DNA of 63,655 nt, the filler included, from Collodictyon triciliatum (Eukaryota), in NCBI GenBank assembly GCA_043381765.1. It is 6 parts of 6 records of this genome, joined end to end, with 100 filler letters (N's around TTAATTAATTAA, not from the genome) between each part and the next. Parts side by side here need not be neighbours in the genome. Positions count along the whole stretch, not along the records: positions 1 to 17,475 come from JBHJMP010002151.1; positions 17,576 to 30,092 come from JBHJMP010002153.1; positions 30,193 to 42,678 come from JBHJMP010002156.1; 3 more parts are not named here. The stretch is one strand, 5' to 3'. The notes below the pieces were generated by a model that was given only the letters and a program-made list of their open reading frames with translations, ran no database searches and was not told where the DNA came from. Position 1 is the first letter of the stretch, and every line of letters begins with the position of its first letter. Positions 13,973 to 36,000 of the stretch are shown here, piece after piece. Both the position numbers and the translations under genes were made by a program.

Positions 13973-16211
13973 TTCTCTTTCTTTCTTTCTTTTTTTCTAC
14001 AATGTTGTACTTTTTAGTACAACGCCAAAAGCAAAAAGTGGCTATGCGACCCATCTTTGGCTGAGGCTTGGAAGGAACAAAATGTGGTCATTTCTTCCGC
14101 TCAACCAAGGAGAAAATAAGGCTCGCATAGGTGGACAAGACAAAAAGATGCGCACTTCCATTCTATGTTGAATACTGTTGGGTGGAAACTCTTCAGGCTC
14201 ATACTATCTCTGGCTGCTCAATGCCCTGGCTTTCTGTGGTTATCGTGAGCGGGCTTCACAGGTGAGCGCAACACTCTTTTCTCTCTCTCGTGGGCGACTT
14301 ATAAGTGATTTGTGAAGAAAGCTGATTCATCTTTTCTGAAACTGCAAAACAACATAGTAATGTCTCAACTTAGCCAACCTTAGCGCAGGGGCTATGATAG
14401 CAGTTTCTGTTTTTCCGCTTCTCAGCCCGAAAGATTCATCGGAAGAGGATGCTTGTGCTGCTCTTGTGCTAATCGTCATAAATTGATTCTATATCATCAT
14501 TACTTTTTCGTGCTGCGTGCAGAATAAAGGGGAAATCTTCATATATTTGAAGCGATGTATGTATACGATTGAGCTGAAAACTCTGTCAGATACAGCACCG
14601 AGGGTGGCTAGGCCAAGTGTAATCTACCAAACGCAAGCGATGATGTCTTTCAATTGGATATCAATCATGGGGTTTATAAGGCTAAATATTTCAAGTTTAC
14701 ACGGTGTGCTGAGAAATCAAAGGTTTTTTTTTTTTGGTCGCGGCATCAAATCTCACTTTTATGTTGTCTTTAGAAAACTTTGCTATTCCTAGTCTCTTTT
14801 TTTTTTTTCTTTTTGGATGGGAAACGAAACAAATCTTGCTTGGCTAACCCTTAAAAAATGTGATGTATGATTCAGAGGTTTTCTCTCATAAATCTCACCA
14901 GATTCAAAAACCAATCCGGCCATTCGTTGACCAATCGCCGTGTGAAGTCGATTCAAGAACACAAAAAGGGAGGGTTTGTTGGGGTGAGGCCTTCTCTCCT
15001 ACCATTGTAAACAGCAAACTCAATCCAACCTATATTTTGTATCGACAATATATATGATGATTTGCTGCATGGATGAGTGGATTTCGTACTATAAATTATC
15101 GTAATTACAAATATTTTAAATTCCGCATAAAGGTATACTTTTCTCGAGCCCTACCGTTTTAGGCTTTTCTCCTAAAAGGGACTAAGTTGGTGATTAATTT
15201 TCTCCATTGTTTATACATATGTGGAATATATACAAAATAAGATTAATTTTCTTTTATACCGCCATTCAATCAATATACATACACAGTTTAGTCAAAATGA
15301 TATATATAAATGTATCAATATAATTAATCATAGGACATTCAATAAATTGCACTCAATTCATCCTCTTTCAAACTTTGGGCATCTGTTTTTGTTAGGCTTT
15401 TGAAATGCGCTTATGAAACGCGTTCCTTTGCCTCAGCTTTTGCGCTTATGTTATTTCACCATAATTTTTTTCTGTCGTTTTTCTCTCGTTGGTGACTCGA
15501 TAACATCTTCTCAGCTGCTAAAAGGAATTACTGTGCGTTTTGAATAGTTAAAAGCCTGGTGTTCTAGTGGGCTGCTATCTCTCACTTGCCCTTCTCTTTG
15601 TGCGTAAGTAATATATATATATATACTTACTATTATACCTGGTAAAAATAATATATATCTGTAAGCTAACAAGCAAATCATTCTGTTCAAGAGAAAGAGA
15701 CATAGAGAGAAATAAATATGGCCAACAACCTAGTAATCGTAGTAGCAAACGTTTTTTTTCTTCATATTTTTCTTCTGCTTCTTCTACTATTATTGAATCC
15801 CCTTGAATAAATAATTCCAATACAGCGCTCGATAAACAAAAAGGAAAAAAAAATAGTGGCTCACAACTCTTGGCTAATAACACCTGTGTTGTGTTCACTC
15901 TCCCTTCCTTTTCCCCACTAACATAATTTCTTTGCAGACATTATTTACCTGTGTATTTGACGCACAAAAGAAAAGAAAGAAAAAGAAAACAAAAAAGAAA
16001 ACAAAAAAGAAAACAAAAAAGAAAACAAAAAAGAAAAAGAAAAGAAAACGAAAATATGATAACTTAAACCTCTAAGGAGCAAAGATTCTACCCACTTCCG
16101 ACGTTGATTAGCCTACTCTTCCCCCACTCATCTCTTACCATCTTGTGGCTGCCTTTTCAAAACCAAGCATTCATCCTCAAGAACCTTCGACTTTGGTTGG
16201 AGCCGCACACG

Positions 16212-17225
<1,014 letters not shown>

Positions 17226-17364
17226 TAAAATTATTTTTATTTTTATTATTTTTATTTTTATTATTTTTATTTTTATTATTTTTATTATTTTTATTTTTTA
17301 TTATTTTTATTTTTATTTTTATTTTTATTATTTTTTCCTTTATTCGATTCAAAGTGTAGCGAGG

Positions 17365-17475
<111 letters not shown>

Positions 17476-17575
17476 NNNNNNNNNNNNNNNNNNNNNNNNN
17501 NNNNNNNNNNNNNNNNNNNTTAATTAATTAANNNNNNNNNNNNNNNNNNNNNNNNNNNNNNNNNNNNNNNNNNNN
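17476..17575. other. Artificial contig spacer N44-TTAATTAATTAA-N44 (also 30093-30192, 42679-42778, 55267-55366, 59307-59406)
   Basis: Five identical 100-nt spacers with stops in all six frames. Genes are cut at them and most flanks are microsatellites. Confidence 0.97.
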
Positions 17576-17705
17576 GCTGTTATTGCTGTTATTGCTGTTA
17601 TTGCTGTTATTGCTGTTATTGCTGTTATTGCTGTTATTGCTGTTATTGCTGTTATTGCTGTTATTGCTGTTATTGTCTTTAACATTTGCTCATTCATTGC
17701 CTCAG

Positions 17706-24654
<6,949 letters not shown>

Positions 24655-24978
24655 CTCTTTTTGTTGATTGAGCCTTACACGACCCATGGCATGACAACTC
24701 CGCGCACAGGTGACTGAAGTGGATGAGTGGGTCGTGTTAGAATCAAAGAATCACATGGTTCGATTAAAAAAAAAAAAGAATAAAGGAAAAGTGGCAGCCC
24801 CGCTTGTTCTCTTCCCAGAAACCCATCAGCTTCCGGCTGTCGTACACAGGCTACCACGAATGTCATTTATCAGTGATTCGGCCTGGTGTCATTTCGTTTA
24901 TCTGACAGAGGAAGTATCTTGCATTTTCCTGGTGCCTCCAAGTCAGTGGGGTGTTTGAATATCGTGTGATTTTTATTT

Positions 24979-25090
24979 GATACTGGAAGGGATTACCAAT
25001 CGAAAGATTGGTAAACCTGATGCGCTAGTATCCAAGGTCTCACCACTTTTTTCACAGGTTGTGTAGTGGTGAAGGTTCCCAGGTGAGACC
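24979..25090 (-). ncRNA. Candidate Fanzor omegaRNA scaffold or transposon right end
   Basis: Cluster of inverted repeats starting 16 nt after the Fanzor stop: TTACCAATC/GATTGGTAA (24993-25014), GATACT/AGTATC (24979-25032), TCACCACT/AGTGGTGA (25040-25072) and GGTCTCACC/GGTGAGACC (25036-25090). Confidence 0.45.
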
Positions 25091-25105
25091 CAACAGCCTA
25101 TTTTT

Positions 25106-25680
25106 TTAAAAGCGAAATGTATGCATATTTTGAAGGATAAAAATAACTTTGTTGAGAATATTATTAGCGCTGTTGGAGTCCCTTGTCGAGAATACACTTT
25201 GTTTGCTTTCTGAGCGATTGCATTCTTTGCATATGAGACATCTATACACCTTTTTTGTATTTCCTTTCAGTATCATATATTCCAGTTCTTTTTCTCAGTT
25301 GAAACACATCTTGGAAGGTTCTTAATTCATTCATATTGACTGTTTTTAAAACATTTGGATAGTATTTTTCATAATCCTCTTCCGATTGTTGGCATAGAAT
25401 GTTTCATCGAACATTTTCTGCTCCAGTCTCCATACGCCAGTGCAACATCCTTGCCTAATGTCTTTTCGATTCGGTCCATAAATAATTGCTCACTTCTTTT
25501 TGAATTAACATACTGTCTCCATCTCATCTTTCGAAAAGGTACTTGTTCATAAAAACTGGATAATTCTATCTGGTATCTTGATTTCATATATATACATATT
25601 CCTGAAATTTTTCATAGTCGACCGTGCATGAATTATATTTACTCAGTTCTACCTCTAAATCGATTAAAGATACTTTTGAC
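25106..25680 (-). pseudogene. Degenerate Fanzor1 (TnpB-related RuvC nuclease), C-terminal half
   Basis: Reconstructed across frameshifts and stops: ELSKYNSCTVDYEKFQEY / FYEQVPFRKMRWRQYVNSKRSEQLFMDRIEKTLGKDVALAYGDWSR..MKHSMPTIGRGL*KILSK / TVNMNELRT-SKMCFN*EKELEY..VYRCLICKEC..FSTRDSNSANNIL. These are the Fanzor1-type YGDWS, RuvC-II E.RTSK, CxxC and RuvC-III RDxN motifs. RuvC-I is absent. Confidence 0.85.
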
Positions 25681-26159
25681 GTCTCAAACTGCTGATTCTC
25701 TTCAAAAGTCAGGGGACCAAAAGAAACAGCACTTTGTAGATCTGTTGCCATGCATATCTTGCTACTCGTGGGTCGATGGCTAGAGCTAGTTCTGTCTACT
25801 TTTTTCTTTCCCTTTATTATTTGTTTCAAAGAGCTCGATCCGCCTTTCCCCCCTCCCCCCCCCCCCCCCCCTATTATTCGTTTCAAATAGCTCACTCCGT
25901 TTCATTATTAGTTTGTTGTGCTCACGGGTCAGTGGCAGCCGGCGTCTTGATCGTCAGGGTGTCTCGGTGCATAACCTGTGTTGTAAAGGGATGTGGTAAG
26001 GTGACCCTTTCACTCTGCGTTGGCTGCGTCGGCCTCCTCGGTTTGCGTTCGGTCAGTAGGCATCCTACGGGGCAGGGCTGTGGCGTCGGCATCGCTTCTT
26101 CTCGGGATCCTTCTTTCCTGTTCACTCTTTCTGTTCGTTTTGATTTCTTTGATTTTTTT

Positions 26160-26255
<96 letters not shown>

Positions 26256-26521
26256 CTGGCTCCAGAGTTGGTGGGTTGGGAGAGGGAAAGAACTTTAGTG
26301 TAATATTATTATTTTCCAGAGAGTGTGCCTTTTTCCCTCAGTGCACAATATTTCTCAGCAAAGGAGACTTTATCTTATTCAGTGTTTTTTTTTATTGCTC
26401 CTCTCAACTCTGTCTCTCAGTGCGATCACCACATTTATTCCCATTGCGGGGTCAAAGAAAATCAAAATTTTTGGCCTGGGTTCGAACATCGTCACATTGA
26501 AACAAACGAATAAAGAGACAG

Positions 26522-26638
26522 ACAAACAAACAAACAAACAAACAAACAAACAAACAAACAAACAAACAAACAAACAAACAAACAAACAAACAAACAAACA
26601 AACAAACAAACAAACAAACAAACAAACAAACAAACAAA
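26522..26638. repeat. (CAAA)n microsatellite
   Basis: Direct reading. Confidence 0.95.
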
Positions 26639-26819
26639 TAAAATAAAATAAAATAAAGCCTGCAAATTTATTGTATAGAAGAAAGATTTGTCCGGCTTTG
26701 CTTTTCTTTGCTTCGATAAGATCTTTTCTTTTTTTTCTTTTGTGCCTGCCTGAGATTCAGGCGCGGATGGTTGCATCTGCCCGTGGATGAGACTGTGCTG
26801 GGTGGATGGCCTTCGGGGC

Positions 26820-27841
26820 TTAGTGGTGGTGGTGGCCGCTGTCTTCCGGGGCGTTGGGGTCGCGCTTGAGTACGAGGACTTGACCGCAGAGGGTGCATGT
26901 GAACGGCTTCTCCTTCTCCAGAGTGAACCAGCTGGCCACGGCCTGGTCTTCACCCTCTGTTTCGTTTCGTTTCGTTTCGTTTCGTTTCGTTTAGTTTAGT
27001 TTAGTTTAGTTTAGTTTAGTTTAGTTTAGTTTAGTTTAGTTTCGGCTGTTAATGAGATTTCTCACAATATAGAAGTAGATATAGATAGAGAAGAAGATGG
27101 CTCTGAGACGCAAACGGTTCGGAAAGGTGGGTCATGGTTGGCATGTGAGAGAATAGAGTCCTTTGGTGAGCTCCAGAGGAGAAAGGAAGAAAGAAAAGAA
27201 AAGAAAAGAAAGAGCAGTATATCATCCCATGACACAAGGAGTAGATGATAAATATGTAGAGTGAAGTTGCTTCCGTACTTCCGTCACAGTTTCCGTAGCA
27301 GCCGATGGTGCGCTTGTTGAAGTAAGAGTAGACGATGGCGGGATTCTCCGCGGTGCCAAAATGGCCAGTCAGGGGCTCCATATCGAAACGGTTCTTGCCC
27401 TGGACTTCAGCTTGGATTTCCTCCTTCTCGATGCCCACGGCACCGTCCACGGACGAGGGAATGGGATCTGTGACCTTTGCTACTCGGAGCAAGGATTGAG
27501 ATAGGTATGAAAGTTTCAATAAAAAGATCACAGGGAAGAGGAAAAGAAAATACCACTTAAGAAAAGGATGGGTTGGGTGAACTGGGGAAAAGTGTTTCGT
27601 CAGAATATGCACTTCACAGCAAGTTGCTCTCCAACGAACAGGAAGAACATCATTTTTTTTCCTTTATTCGATTCAAAGTACAGGAAGAATATCATGAAAT
27701 ATATAGTCACAAACCGCGCTCGCTCTGTGAGGCTCCGTGTGTGGAGCCAGAGCCGAAGCGGACGAAGGCTGAGGGAGCGGCAGCCTTTGAGACGAGGGCG
27801 CGGCGAACAGAGGCAGAGAGAACGCTGGAAACGATGGCCAT
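26820..27841 (-). CDS. COX5B: Cytochrome c oxidase subunit 5B, 3 exons
   Basis: Mitochondrial presequence MAIVSSVLSASVRRALVSK, then AVGIEKEE, FGTAENPAIVYSYFNKRTIGCYG and WFTLEKEKPFTCTLCGQVLVL, ending HHHH*. Confidence 0.92.
27654..27679 (-). mobile_element. LINE 3'-tip micro-insertion with a 16-bp TSD, in COX5B intron 1
   Basis: T-run plus CCTTTATTCGATTCAAAGT flanked by ACAGGAAGAA(C/T)ATCAT at 27638-27653 and 27680-27695. Confidence 0.85.
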
Positions 27842-29044
27842 GGCGAGAAAGTCTGGTCTGTTCAAGAGAACACCGGAGGATCACAAGGTGAGCAACTTTT
27901 GATGTAACAGTATCCTTGTTCTGTCCTGACAATTATGCGTCGTTGTTTGTTGCTCTTTCGCAAGTTGATTAGCCCTTTTCTTCTTTTTTTTTCTTCTTTG
28001 GATTCGAATTGTGTATAGACAGTTTGATAGTCGTAGCAAACGATGGTCATGACAGTAAGGTGGGATTGAGAAGGGAGTAAATAGATCGGCAGTTCATTTG
28101 TTAAACCCTGCAAACACAAAGAAAAAAAAACAAGAACATTTCCAAAACCCCAAAAGAATAGCAGCCCAAACTCAAGCTATCAAAGATTTCAAGAAAAAAA
28201 CTAATATTGAACCATTCTATCTGTTAAGAATAGTTTTATTTTTAGAAAAAAAAAGCGCAACACAAGGCCTGTTCTCAACAATATTCCACAACGTTGGATA
28301 ACGCCTATTCGAGCCCACTTGCACAAGTTGTAAAGGAGAGTAAAAGAAGAAGCCTGGTTTTGAGGATTGTGGGTAGCTGGTTGTTGCCTTTTGCGGGCTC
28401 TGCAAGGCTCTGGAAGGTACAGCTTCGCACACTTCAAACAGGAGGAACCTGTGTGGACTGCAGAGGGATGCGAAGACATAGCTTTGAGAGCCCTTTACCC
28501 TGATTCATCTCTTTGCTTTTTGGCGGATGCAGGATGCGAATGTTTCCGATGAAATTCAATGAGGATTGACTTAAGTGGAGGACACAAGTTTAATTACTTT
28601 CAAAGAAAATAGCCGAATCTGTTTCTACGTTAAGCTCATCTAGTGACGCAATTCTGGCGTGTCTAAAAGTCGACAAGCTTTTTATGTAGAAATTATACCC
28701 ACATTTTTAAAATATTATTCGCCCTGGGGTAGGAGGCAAGCCTGAAGGCCAAGCCCATTTGCTGGCATAGGCAAAGGCAGTGAGAAAAGTTCATTTTCAC
28801 ACATTCAAGCAGCACTGGCCGGAGTATGCATGTCCATGTACCTAAAAATATTAAATTTTGACTCTTTCAAATTAAGAATTATGCCTTTGAAGTTAATTAT
28901 ATCAGATTCTTATAAAATACTTATAAAATCCACATTTGTTACAACGATTTAGAAAAGATCCGTCCGCGGCTGGAGAAAGTGGGGCTTCGAACGAAGGAGA
29001 ACCAAACAAGAAACCGTTATCTTTTCTCGCTGCAAGCAAAAGCT

Positions 29045-29670
29045 NNNNNNNNNNNNNNNNNNNNNNNNNNNNNNNNNNNNNNNNNNNNNNNNNNNNNNNN
29101 NNNNNNNNNNNNNNNNNNNNNNNNNNNNNNNNNNNNNNNNNNNNNNNNNNNNNNNNNNNNNNNNNNNNNNNNNNNNNNNNNNNNNNNNNNNNNNNNNNNN
29201 NNNNNNNNNNNNNNNNNNNNNNNNNNNNNNNNNNNNNNNNNNNNNNNNNNNNNNNNNNNNNNNNNNNNNNNNNNNNNNNNNNNNNNNNNNNNNNNNNNNN
29301 NNNNNNNNNNNNNNNNNNNNNNNNNNNNNNNNNNNNNNNNNNNNNNNNNNNNNNNNNNNNNNNNNNNNNNNNNNNNNNNNNNNNNNNNNNNNNNNNNNNN
29401 NNNNNNNNNNNNNNNNNNNNNNNNNNNNNNNNNNNNNNNNNNNNNNNNNNNNNNNNNNNNNNNNNNNNNNNNNNNNNNNNNNNNNNNNNNNNNNNNNNNN
29501 NNNNNNNNNNNNNNNNNNNNNNNNNNNNNNNNNNNNNNNNNNNNNNNNNNNNNNNNNNNNNNNNNNNNNNNNNNNNNNNNNNNNNNNNNNNNNNNNNNNN
29601 NNNNNNNNNNNNNNNNNNNNNNNNNNNNNNNNNNNNNNNNNNNNNNNNNNNNNNNNNNNNNNNNNNNNNN
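29045..29670. other. Scaffold gap (626 N)
   Basis: Run of N. Confidence 0.99.
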
Positions 29671-30039
29671 CATAAAAAGTCAGAACCTTGAAGATGAAGA
29701 CTTGTTCCTTACCATTTGGGCAAATAGGCAATAATCGCAGAGCAGAGTCAAAAGCATTTTATTGATCAAATATAGAGAGACAATAATCAGTTTCCTCGTG
29801 GCTGAAAGCCACGTATAGTGTCAACACACAATATTTTCAAAATAAATTTGAAAGCAATATGATAATAAACTCGATTCTTTTCACCAGAACCTCGTAGGAA
29901 CAGATCTCCAACACACTTAATTTGGCCGACTGACAAAACCAAGAAGCATTCCCGACGACTGACAAAAAAATCTAGCATTTAGTGAGACATATAAGTTATA
30001 CTCCAGAGCCAAGGTTTGCACACGAATGCCCCCCCCCCC

Positions 30040-30090
<51 letters not shown>

Positions 30091-33000
30091 TTNNNNNNNN
30101 NNNNNNNNNNNNNNNNNNNNNNNNNNNNNNNNNNNNTTAATTAATTAANNNNNNNNNNNNNNNNNNNNNNNNNNNNNNNNNNNNNNNNNNNNAACAATAA
30201 CAACAATAACAACAATAATAACAATAATAACAACAACAACAAGAACAACAAAAAAATACTGATCAACACGAGGACAATCAAACTGAATGACCTTACACGA
30301 AAGCAAATACTAATATTATTAAAAAAACGAAAGGTTTAACCTAGGCAAGTCTTTTACCTTTGTCAGAAAGCTAAAAGAGTTGATCAAGGGTGGGGTAGTA
30401 TATCAAACGCTAGCAAATAACAATTATTATTGAAGGTATACAATAAGGGCAAAAGATGAGTCATTTCAACGAAACTTTTCTGTGATTGGCTCTGACCTTG
30501 CCTTGCATAATCCCTGGCTTATATCATGTTGCTTACCAACCAAAACTCAAGTTTCCAGAAAACTCATTAATATATCTAAATAAAAAAGAATTCAACTATT
30601 CTAATATCATAGCCCAATTTTTTAGGGCCCCTTATCATTACAACAATCACAAGCCAAGGAGAGATAGGACTGTCTTGATTTCGGAGCATCCTTTTGCGGA
30701 GCATTGTTGGCCAGGCATCCACATTACCTTAGCTATCCCTAAATCTTTTTGTTTTTATCAATAAAACTATATACCAACAGTTAGATAAATAATACTAGTT
30801 AATAGCGGATTCAAAGACCATCTCGTGCAGTTTATGACACCTTCCCAGGGGGTGGTGGCGATTGAGTATCTGGTCGCTGTACTGCTCAAATCACTCTCAC
30901 ATTAATGGATATTCCACACACGCATAGTTTAAGTCCGTCTCTCAGGCTTTCCTTCTTTGCTTCCAGGCTGGTTTTTTTCTATTTGCTTTTATCTTCTCAA
31001 ATCGGCATTTTTCATAGGATTTGAGTAATATTGGAGAAAGAAATATCTAATTATTCGTTCATATATTACACCTATACTTACACCTCGTTTATAATTTTAT
31101 TTTTCGATTAAGTAACAATGCTGTCAAAATAATATGCCAGGAAGATAATTATCAGTATTATAGGCTAAGCTCCTTATCCCCTGGTGTGCTTGAGGTATTG
31201 CTGATGAGAAAGGACTAGAAATCAATTGTCGTTGGAAGGCCTTTTAACATAATAGTCGAATTACACTAACATAGGCCACATCGACATATATCTTGATATT
31301 TGCATTTATTTTCCATGTATCCATATAAAAAATAATACCTGAATGACGCATATTGCCTATAGGATAGAAAAATTGGTTGAGTTGAGGCTAAAAAGAGAAA
31401 AAAGTCCACTTTAATGACCGTATCCCTGCGACTGAAGCTGTTCAATTGACAAAATGTAGGTAAAATAAAATTTTTAGCCGTCAGCTTGCCTCTATGAGAA
31501 TAATCAGGTCTCTTTATATTAGCGTGATGTCATATGATACAATTCTTCAAAAATCTAAATTGAATTGACCCAAAATATTAATAATTCACTCGAATACTTT
31601 CCATCAATATAGAAGAAGGATGACTAAATATACATGATCAAAAAGCGAGTAATCTCTTTTATTTTCATGATTTTTAATACCAGATTCTTTTTTGTTCAAT
31701 CTATTCAGCTTCAAAAAACAATTTCCTTGACTAATGTATACCTGGTATTCAACATGGTTAATATCCAACTGATCAACCTCCATAAATTCTGCAACAAAAT
31801 CACGATTGTGTGGACAATAATATTGTGAAATCATTTTGCAGAATTCGAAGAAATCTACCTGAATTTATAAATATACTGGCGACTAAAAGATATCTAATAA
31901 TCTCGAAATCATGAATAAACTAAACAATTCTAATAGCCTTATGATAGTCGTTCATTCAACGGGAAACTTTCGATCACAAATCACTTCAATCAACGGGATT
32001 AATTATGGGAAGATTTATAAGATTTACTACATATATTATGATTTTATGATTCTAAATAATCATATAGTCTAATCATTCGATCTCTTGATAAATTATTGCA
32101 ATTATTATCTAGTGGCACCGATGGAATGGAATAATGCATGCCTTTAAAGAAAACAAGTTGGAAACATATGGTAATTGAATTAAACGTAATTTAAGGTTTT
32201 TCATGGAAAATACCGACCCCCTCCAGAAATATTTTTAATCATCTACTTTGAATCAAATTAAGGAAAAAATCATACACAATTTCGACTATCTAAATAAATT
32301 AATGTTATATCAGGATGGACTCTGACATTAGTTAATTATAGTAGCAGTTCACGAACTTTCAAGCAAAGTCCATACTTTACTGTACTTTATCATACAAGAC
32401 TTTTTTGCTCGCATTTTGGGGTCACATCCAATTCATACTGCAAGTTGACACTTTATTTTTTTAAAAAAGAGCACTAATTTATTTTAAAGCTGAAAATACC
32501 TATAGTTAAAAACATAATATTATATTTCGAAAAACCCATGCTAATTTATTCATCGCGCATCTCACAAAAAAGCGTAGTCATTAAGCCAGATTTCACCAGC
32601 ATTCAGTTATTTGTACAGTATGGTTTTGGTAAAATTCATTATTATGTATTGAGCCTGCTACTTTTACTTCTAATAATAGAAAATGTTTGTAAAAAATATG
32701 CCCCATGTCATAGAAAATTGATAAAATGATTGATATTTAACGATAGAATATCAAGTACGCACAAATTTCTATTATAAATGCATAAAGCCAAAAAAGTAGC
32801 AAATTTATTATCAATTAGACTTCATTCATAATTTTAAGCATTTTTAGGGTAATAGTTCTAGCTGGCTGCTTCAAATACCAGCTGAAAAATCAATAGATTA
32901 TTTAATATACCATCTTTCATAGTATTTATCCATATTCAATCGGAAGCAGTTCAAACTTAAGTCATAGGTGAAGCTCAGAAACAGTTGAAAACTGAAGGAA

Positions 33001-36000
33001 TAACAGACAAATCGACGGGAAAGGGAACCAATTCGATCTACTACATGGAGGAAGGAGAAGGGGAGGTGGATTGGCGGTTCCTAGCTTCCTCAATGCTATA
33101 AAATGAAAGTCTAACATCGTACGGTGGGTTATATTATGTTGTAAGTGTGTTTCTATCCAGCTATTCATCATCAAAAATACAGAAAAATCACAAAACTATT
33201 TGCAAATTTCTGTCATCAAAAGTCAAGGTGTATCCTTTTTCCGATAAGGAGGCTTTATCTCATTTGAAAAAATGACCCATTTACAAAACAAGACGAAAAA
33301 AATATAAAGTTGAATTTAATAATTAAAAATAGTTCACTTGCAAAAAAATTCTAACGATAATAGTATAAAATCTCTAATATTAAGCATCTTCAGATTTTGG
33401 CCATGCTAGATATATTATTAACTTTGTAAAATTAACTCGTATTACATGTATTGTATCAATGCTATAATATTTATAATGAATTTAATTGTCTCAGCTATAC
33501 AATCAATATTTAAGATTAAAAAGATGAATTATCTACCTACATTATCTGCATTCACAAGTCGTTCATCTTTCAATAATCTTATTATGTATCACCTTATGAA
33601 TACTTAATTTACAAAAACTCTTCAAATTACGTATCTATTAGAAACGCTTTGTTTTTTCGGAATCTTGGTATCATTTTATTATAAATTTATTTATTTAATG
33701 GATAGAACTTAATAAAGTGTGATTTAAAAACCCCATCTTATTAACATATGAATTATTATTTCAACCAAATAAAAAAAAATCCATAGCCCCGCTCAAAAAT
33801 AGTTTTCCACTTAATGATACACCACTCCTTGAATGTCATACAATATTTGCATCACAGCTTTAAACCCCCACTCCCAACTATCACCTATCTAGACCTTGTT
33901 CGTTTCTTCAAGTGAAAATGATTTTTAGGTTTCCGCCTAGTAAAAAAAAATTCTTTTTATAATTGACCATTGCTAAATTTTTCTAAATTAGTTTTAATTT
34001 TCTCCCTTAATTATTCAGCTATCGATTCATCTAATCCAACAAACCCTTCCTCCCCTACTGAATCCAAATTAATACGAGGGAATAAAAAACCATATCTGAC
34101 TTTAATTATGCATAGATCCGACTAACCAAGGATTTTCTAGATGGTTTGAGCCCTCTCTTACAATTAAAATGATTCACAATCAGAAATCAAATTCTTTTTT
34201 CATGCAAAGTATTTTCGTATATTTTGGTTGATTTCCAGAGTGATTGGTTCATATTATTTATTATACGTATGCGCAAAGTATGCTATTATCACTATTTTAT
34301 ATTTGATGATTCTGTCATTTTATTCAAATTATTTATATTATCTGTTTCATTCTTACTATTTTGTCAAAATATAGTCGAGTAAGAGTATTTAATATGTCCA
34401 CATCTTAATTTATATATCTCATATTCATCAATTTTTACAAATAATACACTATGGAATTCGTTCTGTCTGTATTAGTAGATATGTAATATCTTTTAATAAC
34501 TAAATTTTGAGCTTTAAATTATTTCTTCAAACGATTTTGATAATAAATTACATAGTATTGATAAGTTTTATTTTTAAATTGAATAGTTTGTTTTACACAA
34601 TAGTCTTGGTTTTATCTTCGTATAAAGACTGATTTTATCAGAGTTCCAAGGAAACTAAAAATTACACAGTTTAAAAATTCTCAATCAAATATAGCATTCA
34701 TATATGGTACATAAATATTTATGATCGAAACAATATATAATCAAATATCTTTCTATTGGTTTAATTATGTTATTTCTGCTTCTGTTTTATTAGCATGAGT
34801 TGTTTTGGTTTAATGAAAATAAAAATGGTAGCTGAAATACGAATATCTCTTAAAAAGAGTTGATTTATTTGAATCCACAATTTAGAGCCTCCTCATAGAG
34901 AAATTTAAGATAATGATAATTAAATAGAATAATACGTGGAAACTTATACTGAAATTGATAGCGGATTATTAGACCTATTATATATAATATGCAACACTCA
35001 CACAAATTATTTTGGTATTTCAATAAGCATTTAATGAAATTTAAAATCTAAACCAGATTTGTCCCAATACAATGCTATAGAGAATATTTTTACGCTTGTT
35101 TCTCCATGGTAATTATTCGGTAAATTCAAGTGAACAGGGTTTCTTGAATCATTGAATTGGTAATGAATTATCTGACAATATGAATATTTTTACAGCTATG
35201 ATGGTTCGGTTGATTATAATGAACTACTCATACTATTAAAAATACAACTTTCCGAATTTTTTAAAATTTACGCTTTATATAATATAAACGTTATTATAAT
35301 CAAAGTCAACAATATTTTTTCGAGTAAGTTTAACATAGAATTTCTTGAAATATCAATACATCATGAATCAAAAGGTAATATATACATTTAATAATATATT
35401 TTAATAAATGAAGTAAATTTTCAGGAGATCTCAATTATTATGTATTGTTCATTTGATTATATTATCGTTAAATATTAATTATTATATGATACATCTGAAG
35501 AAAATTTATTAATATTGCACTTAAAATATTTTAATGCATAATTTCAATTTTTATATTTTTTTTATAAAAACCTGAATTAAATTAGAAAAATGCTTATACA
35601 ATAATTCTTTTCATTATTTCTTCAATATAAAATCCAAGAAATAATTTAAATTGTATTTTTCAATAACCACTTATATTTTAATTATAGTGTAATGCCTTAG
35701 CCCAGTTTATGTCATCCTGAGAAAAATACTCAATATTTGACAGTTTTGATGATAGCCCGTCAATTAAATGAAAATGAATTTTATTTAGACTAAGAAGCTT
35801 ATATAATATGCCTAATGAATGAAAAATCTTAAAATTTTTCTTTATTTTATCAAATTATAAATTACATGAGAAAAATAAAATCAAATACTTGATACATGAT
35901 CTCCTTGATATGATTTTTTCATAATTTGGATATACGCTTAATTTATAGTCACCCATAAAATAACCCGTTTTATCATATTAAATATTTTTACATTCACGTA

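Noticed and set aside
17520-17531. TTAATTAATTAA palindrome recurring five times
   Set aside because: It is always centred in 44+44 N, so it is an artificial six-frame-stop contig linker and not biology.
24993-25029. Helitron 3' end on the + strand (hairpin, 10 nt, CTAG|T)
   Set aside because: The hairpin is AT-rich, no RepHel or matching 5' end is seen, and the stems are better explained as the Fanzor 3' structure. It is not fully excluded.
26473-26495. GGGTTCGAAC as a tRNA T-loop or B-box
   Set aside because: There is no cloverleaf, acceptor stem or A-box around it.
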